From Clostridia bacterium (lineage in GTDB: Bacteria > Bacillota > Clostridia > Oscillospirales > CAG-272): DNA of 57,031 nucleotides. A program made the translations under genes and the position numbers. Location of the stretch: positions 1 through 57,031 of the forward strand of contig JAFQGP010000016.1 of the NCBI GenBank assembly GCA_017415485.1, given 5' to 3'. Under the pieces are notes generated by a model. It did no database searches, was not told the DNA's origin, and was given only the letters and a program-made list of their open reading frames with translations. Of the stretch, positions 55,544 through 57,031 are shown piece by piece (position 1 is the first letter of the stretch; each line of letters opens with the position of its first letter).

Positions 55544-56398
55544 ATGGCACAACGTAGCCAAATGAATGCCAAGGAAAAGCTCGGCCGCGAGATAGATCTT
55601 ACTAATGCGTCAAAAGACGAGCTGATAGAGCATTTGTGTAAAATTATAGAATATGAAGTAGAGAAAGGGGATGATGCAGACTGCGATCTGGTCCGTGAAT
55701 GCAGCGACTGGCTCGACAAACTGACCGAGGACGAAGTGACCTTCACACCCGAGGAGCTTGAGCGAAAGCTTGCACAGATGAAAGCCGGCTCGGAATCGAA
55801 GAAGCCCGTCAAGATATGCAAAAAGGCGAAGCTTAAGACCTTTGTGCGCGTTGCCCTGATCGCGGCGGTGATCTTCGCCATCTCGCTCGTATCCCTGTCC
55901 GCTGTGGCGATGAATAAGGGGTATGGATCGGCGTGGGAGTATGTATCAGAAAATATTAGAGAAATATTTGATTTGACCAGTGGCGAGGAAATCACTGAGT
56001 CGGGTATTTCAGTAACAATGAATACGGGCACGATTGAATATAACACTGTTGATGAGTTTATAAAGAGTTGTTCATTAAATATACTCTATCCACATATGAT
56101 GCCTGATAAGGTAAAAATCGCGGGAATACATATTGTTCAAGAAGAGGATGGCAAATATTTGTTATCATTTATTATTTCCAATCCTGTATATGTATTTAAT
56201 ATTACTAATTATTCGCTGCATGATGTTTCTTGCATGGATACATATCAATGTCTGGCTATTGATGACTTATACTTTTACTATACTCAAATACAAGATAATA
56301 CTTATTATGCAATTCTTCAATATGAAGGATTTGAATACACTATACAAACACCCAATTATGATGATTTACTGATTATAATTAACAGCATGAAAGGATAA
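55544..56398 (+). CDS. Putative membrane anti-sigma factor
   Basis: Directly after the ECF gene; cytoplasmic N-terminus, single TM helix after a basic patch, and an extracellular domain with LYP.MMP and terminal LLIIINSMK. Confidence 0.65.
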   Translation: MAQRSQMNAKEKLGREIDLTNASKDELIEHLCKIIEYEVEKGDDADCDLVRECSDWLDKLTEDEVTFTPEELERKLAQMKAGSESKKPVKICKKAKLKTFVRVALIAAVIFAISLVSLSAVAMNKGYGSAWEYVSENIREIFDLTSGEEITESGISVTMNTGTIEYNTVDEFIKSCSLNILYPHMMPDKVKIAGIHIVQEEDGKYLLSFIISNPVYVFNITNYSLHDVSCMDTYQCLAIDDLYFYYTQIQDNTYYAILQYEGFEYTIQTPNYDDLLIIINSMKG

Positions 56399-56402
56399 AG
56401 CT

Positions 56403-56786
56403 ATGAAAAAATTATTTGTTTCTTTGATAGCACTTTTGTTTGTTTTACTTATAACAATTACATCAGCCGCAAGAGAGAATATTTATACTATTAATGATGT
56501 TACAATTGTATTTTCTGAAACCTCATCTTTATCAGATGAACAAAAGGCGCTAATATCTCATTTAATTATTAACGGTACAGATAATTCTTCTACGACATAT
56601 AATCTTATGTGTACTCTATTTGGACATAATACTGCTACCGAAAATATTTCTGTTATTGAGCATTGTGTTAACGACACTCCTCCGAGATGCAGAAAAACTG
56701 TTCAGGATGTAACTATGTGCACGCGATGCGAAGAGTTAATAGATACGCATATAATCACTTCCTATTACATAAACTGCTGCGAATAA
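56403..56786 (+). CDS. Small secreted Cys/His-rich hypothetical protein
   Basis: Signal peptide MKKLFVSL...TSA; C.LFGH...H......PRC........C.RC...CC. Confidence 0.7.
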   Translation: MKKLFVSLIALLFVLLITITSAARENIYTINDVTIVFSETSSLSDEQKALISHLIINGTDNSSTTYNLMCTLFGHNTATENISVIEHCVNDTPPRCRKTVQDVTMCTRCEELIDTHIITSYYINCCE

Positions 56787-56948
56787 AAACTCTCTCCCAA
56801 AAACCGCCTCATTGTCTCACAAATCGAAAAAAATCGAAAAAATTCGACAAATTTTGCAAAAACCGTGGTGCGCCCCGTGTTAATTACTTAAAAAGTGTGA
56901 TATTATTTTCTCTGTTTGTGTTTGGAAAAAAAGGCAATGAGAGAAGAA

Positions 56949-57031
56949 ATGGAACATGTTTTGAAGCAAATGCTTCGCGCGCTTGCACTTGAAACACGGT
57001 CTCGTTTGGGGCTGACCCAAAAAGAAATGTC
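56949..57031 (+). CDS. XRE-family HTH protein, N-terminal fragment running off the window
   Basis: Reads MEHVLKQMLRALALETRSRLGLTQKEMS, showing the R...GLTQ.EM pattern. Confidence 0.6.
   Translation, partial: MEHVLKQMLRALALETRSRLGLTQKEM

Overview
The window looks like chromosomal DNA from a Clostridia-type Firmicute. This is inferred from gene content, lipoprotein and sortase signals, and sigma-A promoters. Housekeeping and metabolic genes include serC-serA, a lipoprotein cluster with Pro/Thr/Glu linkers, a GH2 glycosidase, rubrerythrin, an Fe/cobalamin-type ABC transporter and a DeoR-controlled sugar catabolic cluster. Accessory loci include a 2084-aa LRR/coiled-coil surface protein, an orphan MazF, an AbiE-like gene pair and two ECF sigma factors. 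The main finding is a candidate self-contained DNA inversion switch at 10029-11129. An intact tyrosine recombinase gene and an outward-facing sigma-A promoter are enclosed by 22-bp perfect (23/24) inverted recombination sites. In the assembled orientation the promoter faces a five-gene SipW/TasA-type surface-fibre operon; if flipped it would face an orphan LytTR response regulator. The intergenic DNA also carries several families of structured non-coding repeats: heptamer-linked hairpin arrays with cGNAg loops, a covarying double-stem element in three copies, an IS1182-like foldback MITE and nested GTAG REP pairs. No rRNA, tRNA or CRISPR array was recognised. All calls were made by eye from the sequence and the ORF track; no database searches were run.
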